This document shows positions 48,086 through 50,769 of a DNA stretch of 50,769 bases, one piece after another. Position 1 is the stretch's first letter. Each line of letters begins with the position of its first letter. A program made the translations under genes and the position numbers. The stretch is from positions 1 through 50,769 of the forward strand of contig JBFGDW010000001.1 of the NCBI GenBank assembly GCA_041580435.1, written 5' to 3'. The notes beneath the pieces are model-generated. The model worked only from the letters and a program-made list of their open reading frames with translations. It did not search any database and was not told the DNA's origin. The DNA is from Candidatus Polarisedimenticolia bacterium. Its GTDB lineage: Bacteria; Acidobacteriota; Polarisedimenticolia; SMYD01.

Positions 48086-49914
48086 CGGAGCGCCTCGTCC
48101 ACCGGCACGCTCACCCGGCCGGCGCCCACCACGACGCCCCGCTGGGATCGCCCCTGGTCGGCAACGATGGCCTCACCCAGGGGCTGGCGCCATGGACCGC
48201 CGCCGGTGCGGATGACGGAGGCGACCGATGGCGGCAGGTCGCGGAGGAGATCGGCCCCCAGGAGCCAGCCCGGCGCCGGACGGGTGACCCGGAGGTAGAG
48301 CCCGTCGGCGGGACGCAGGCGCTGGAGGGCCGCCATGAGGGGCGCCGCGCCGGGCGCCCGTCCGATGGCCGCCAGCTCGGCGGCCCCGTCGGCGCCAAGG
48401 GCGGCGCTCGCATCGCCGGCCAGGATGCTCAGCTCGGAGCCGGCCGGCAGCAGCGGGACGGTGAAGGTGAACAGCTCCATGCGCTCGATCCCTCCGGGAA
48501 GCTCCCGCAGGCGGACCTGCACCTGGGCGGCCTCCCCGGGCCGCAGCCGCGGCGGCTGCACCTGGACCTCCTCCACCCGCACCTGGCGCACATCCGCCTG
48601 GAGGCGGAACTCCAGCTCCAGCGCCATGTCCAAATCCTCCCCGCCCGGGGCGCCCGCCACCAGGGACAGGAGCGCGGCGGCGTAGCGCGCCGCCTGGAAC
48701 GCCACCGGCGGCCCGCTCTCGCCGCCCGCGAAGACGTTGCGCACCGCCAGCGGCGGCAGGTCGCCGGCCCGTAGCGTGCCGTCCAGGGAGATGGTCCCGC
48801 TGCGCGCGCCGCGATCGTGGGCGAGCAGCGTGTTGGACACGACCATCTCCAGGAGCCCGCCGGCCAGCAGGGGGGAGCGCACCAGCCAGAAGCGGTGCAC
48901 CCGCCGCGGACCCTCCAGCCCCGGGCTGGCGGGGTCCAGCACGGTGATCTGGACCGGGATGGTGCGGGCTTGCACGCCCAGGCGGCCCGCGAGCCCCTGG
49001 GGCCGATCCTGGTGGAAGGCACCCACCACCTCTCCCACCTGGGCCACCTTGAATGAGCCCGCCTGGGACGGCACCGTGACCAGGATCTCGGCCCGGGCCA
49101 TGGGGAAGTCCACCGCCCCGCCCCGCGCCAGGGGGTGCCCCAGGGCCAGGACCCTGTCCCCCTCCACCAGGGTGACGGTGCCGGTCCCGGCCAGGACCAG
49201 GTCACCGCCCACCAGCACCGCCGCCACTGGTTGGCCGGCGGTCAGGGGGCGGGTGGTGGTGCCGGGTGGCGTGCCGGGGACGGCAACCGCCTGCACCACC
49301 GGGCCGAGCCCCCAGGATCGGAGCAGCGGTGCGTAGCGGGACTCCACCCTGGGATCGAGACCTGAAGCGGCCAGGAGGGTGCGCGGGCCGGACCCGTCCT
49401 CCGGGCCTGGCCAATCGGGCCAGGGCTCCAGGCCCGCCACCGCCGCCAGGGGATACCGCGGCGCAGCGGCCGGCGCGCCCGCCCATGGCCCGGAGGTCTC
49501 CCCGGGGAGGGCCAGCATCTCCTCGATGGGGGTGATCCCGGCGATGGCCTCCTGGGTGAAGCTGCCGATGCGGTAGGCCAGGGCTCCCACCAGGCGGCCA
49601 TCCACCAGCACCGGACTGCCGCTCATGCCCGAGGCCACCCCGGCGAGCTGCGCCCGCTCGCCGTGCAGCCGGGCCAGGATCACGTCACGGCCCGGCCCGG
49701 CGAAGCCCGGGGCCACGCCCAGGATTTCCAGGGGGACCGACTCCACCCGGTCACCGGCGTAGACGGTGCGCGTCTCGCCACGCTGCCCCGGCTCGATCTC
49801 GCCCAGGGGAAGGAACCCCTCCGCCTGGGCCGGCGCCCCCGCGGCCAGGGTCAGAACCAGCGCCGCAGGGGCCGCCTGCCGCCGGCGGCCGCCTGCGGGC
49901 CGCCGTGCCGTCAA
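48082..49914 (-). CDS. Secreted SpoIVB-like serine peptidase (S55 domain) with a long uncharacterised C-terminal region
   Basis: Arg-rich signal peptide. LEILGVAPGFAGPGRDVILARLHGERAQLAGVASGMSGSPVLVDGRLVGALAY matches the S55 His...GMSGSP block (Ser codon at 49623..49621). About 450 further residues carry no motif I recognise. The TTG start overlaps the upstream stop (TTGA at 49911..49914). Confidence 0.65.
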   Translation of the reverse strand: MTARRPAGGRRRQAAPAALVLTLAAGAPAQAEGFLPLGEIEPGQRGETRTVYAGDRVESVPLEILGVAPGFAGPGRDVILARLHGERAQLAGVASGMSGSPVLVDGRLVGALAYRIGSFTQEAIAGITPIEEMLALPGETSGPWAGAPAAAPRYPLAAVAGLEPWPDWPGPEDGSGPRTLLAASGLDPRVESRYAPLLRSWGLGPVVQAVAVPGTPPGTTTRPLTAGQPVAAVLVGGDLVLAGTGTVTLVEGDRVLALGHPLARGGAVDFPMARAEILVTVPSQAGSFKVAQVGEVVGAFHQDRPQGLAGRLGVQARTIPVQITVLDPASPGLEGPRRVHRFWLVRSPLLAGGLLEMVVSNTLLAHDRGARSGTISLDGTLRAGDLPPLAVRNVFAGGESGPPVAFQAARYAAALLSLVAGAPGGEDLDMALELEFRLQADVRQVRVEEVQVQPPRLRPGEAAQVQVRLRELPGGIERMELFTFTVPLLPAGSELSILAGDASAALGADGAAELAAIGRAPGAAPLMAALQRLRPADGLYLRVTRPAPGWLLGADLLRDLPPSVASVIRTGGGPWRQPLGEAIVADQGRSQRGVVVGAGRVSVPVDEALR

Positions 49915-50393
49915 CTGTCCTTGTCCTTCTTGAGCGCCTTCTTGATGGCCTCGACGATGAAGTTCTGCATGGAGGGCTCCTGGCTCTTCACCGCCTCGTA
50001 GACCAGGCAGGGAAGCTTGAGGCTGATCTGCACACCTCCCTCGTCCAGGGCGTCCAGCCAGCGTGCGAACTCGGCCCAGTTGCGGAACACCTTGCGCTCG
50101 ATGGCGCCCTTCCGGTACAGCTCGATGCGGTTGATGTCGTCCCGGAGGGCCGTCAGGACGTTGTCCTCGTCGTACTCGGCGAAGTCCGAGTAAGCGAAGA
50201 ACTTCACCTCCCCGGCGGTCTGGTCCTTCCCCTTGATGGAGATCTCCGGCTGCTTGTTGCAGCGCATGATGATGTAGTCCCGCTTCCCCTTGAACTGGAA
50301 CGCCAGGATGGGGTCGGTGCGGCGGTTGTTGTCGGAGGGGGTCTTGAGGGCCCGGAACACCCGGCGCGCGATCTCCTCGTTGGTGCTATACAT
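49911..50393 (-). CDS. Small cytoplasmic protein: unknown N-terminal domain plus C-terminal ribbon-helix-helix-like tail
   Basis: 160 aa from ATG 50393 (GAGGGGGG upstream). The C-terminus VQISLKLPCLVYEAVKSQEPSMQNFIVEAIKKALKK fits the RHH/HicB-C pattern (strand, helix, helix). No signal peptide. K/N/I/F/Y/D/E-rich, unlike its neighbours. The upstream 95 codons of the track ORF are shadow sequence. Confidence 0.6.
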   Translation of the reverse strand: MYSTNEEIARRVFRALKTPSDNNRRTDPILAFQFKGKRDYIIMRCNKQPEISIKGKDQTAGEVKFFAYSDFAEYDEDNVLTALRDDINRIELYRKGAIERKVFRNWAEFARWLDALDEGGVQISLKLPCLVYEAVKSQEPSMQNFIVEAIKKALKKDKDS

Positions 50394-50442
50394 GACCCCC
50401 CCTCGCAGGTACGTGAAACAGGCCAGATCGCATAGGCCCGTA

Positions 50443-50471
50443 GTAATACCACGCCTACCCGCGGGGCGCAA
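50443..50471 (-). promoter_or_regulatory. Candidate sigma70-type promoter of the RHH/S55/propeller operon
   Basis: Minus strand reads TTGCGC (50471..50466), 17-nt spacer, TATTAC (50448..50443), about 50 nt upstream of ATG 50393. Sequence match only. Confidence 0.4.
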
Positions 50472-50540
50472 CGCCCTTCCCGTGCTCCCGGCCGTTGCCG
50501 CCTGGCCAGGACCTCCGTATACTCCCCCAAGGAGGCCGCC

Positions 50541-50769
50541 GTGCCCGATCCCATCCCGGGCGGCGCGCCCGCGCCGGCGCGCCGCATCCTCTCCCATCTC
50601 TACGAGGTGGGGGAGATGATCCAGAGGCTGGACGACCCCCAGGAGTTCCTGGGCCGCATGCTGGACCTGGCCCTGCACCTGCTGGGCGCCCAGCGCGGGA
50701 TGGTCCTCATCCGCAAGGAGGACGGCTCCCTCGATCCCGCCGCCGTGCGCGAGCTGGAGGAGGAGACGG
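50541..50769 (+). CDS. GAF-domain protein, N-terminal fragment (continues beyond the window)
   Basis: Not in the track because there is no in-window stop. GTG 50541 lies 5 nt after AAGGAGG. The translation VPDPIPGGAPAPARRILSHLYEVGEMIQRLDDPQEFLGRMLDLALHLLGAQRGMVLIRKEDGSLDP is a typical GAF-domain opening. A possible promoter is TTGCCG (50495..50500), 17 nt, TATACT (50518..50523). Confidence 0.55.
   Translation, partial: MPDPIPGGAPAPARRILSHLYEVGEMIQRLDDPQEFLGRMLDLALHLLGAQRGMVLIRKEDGSLDPAAVRELEEET

Noticed and set aside
49911-50393. RHH/HicB-like tail suggesting a type II antitoxin.
   Set aside because: There is no HicA- or other toxin-sized ORF adjacent. The gene is translationally coupled to a 610-aa secreted peptidase instead, so I kept it as an operon regulator hypothesis.

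Overview
This is a very GC-rich, gene-dense chromosomal core window with about 50 protein genes. Most are joined by short spacers or by 1-4 nt start/stop overlaps. LPS heptosyltransferase, an LptC-like protein and a periplasmic Ccm system suggest a diderm bacterium, but I cannot assign a lineage from the sequence alone.

Contents, left to right:
- LD-carboxypeptidase (partial) and an M20 amidohydrolase
- RNase P RNA (minus strand, about 1650..2030), the only RNA gene I can support
- GT9 heptosyltransferase
- dnaB-alr, PIN/TRAM protein, secreted TPR protein, rhodanese-TlpA fusion
- an envelope-glycan block (GT-C-like membrane protein, GT2-methyltransferase fusion, LptC-like, DUF2064-type, PspC)
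- a long minus-strand run: UbiA/DPPR-synthase-like, CN-hydrolase, EamA, HAD, amidohydrolase, recG
- GT2, greA
- a complete cytochrome c maturation System I cluster (ccmE-F-H'-I'-A-B-C-D) followed by ggt, a LOG-family gene and lepB
- cysteine desulfurase-mnmA
- ileS-lspA-lgt-rluD-DUF2520
- a bactofilin-methyltransferase-TPR operon facing a GAF-GGDEF cyclase
- a three-gene operon (RHH-tailed small protein, S55/SpoIVB-like peptidase, secreted beta-propeller protein)

I found no CRISPR array, transposase, integrase, phage genes, rRNA or tRNA. The region reads as housekeeping rather than accessory, so the findings are modest.

Best candidates for follow-up:
- the uncharacterised RHH/S55/propeller operon
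- the variant Ccm system (Cys-type CcmE plus a CcmH-like protein with a CxCxC...CxC motif)
- a nitrilase-superfamily protein whose catalytic Lys reads Met
- a Cys-less tandem rhodanese fused to a thioredoxin fold
- a roughly 290-nt orphan noncoding region ending in a perfect 12-bp terminator hairpin

Many long ORFs in the six-frame track are GC-driven antisense shadow ORFs and were rejected.
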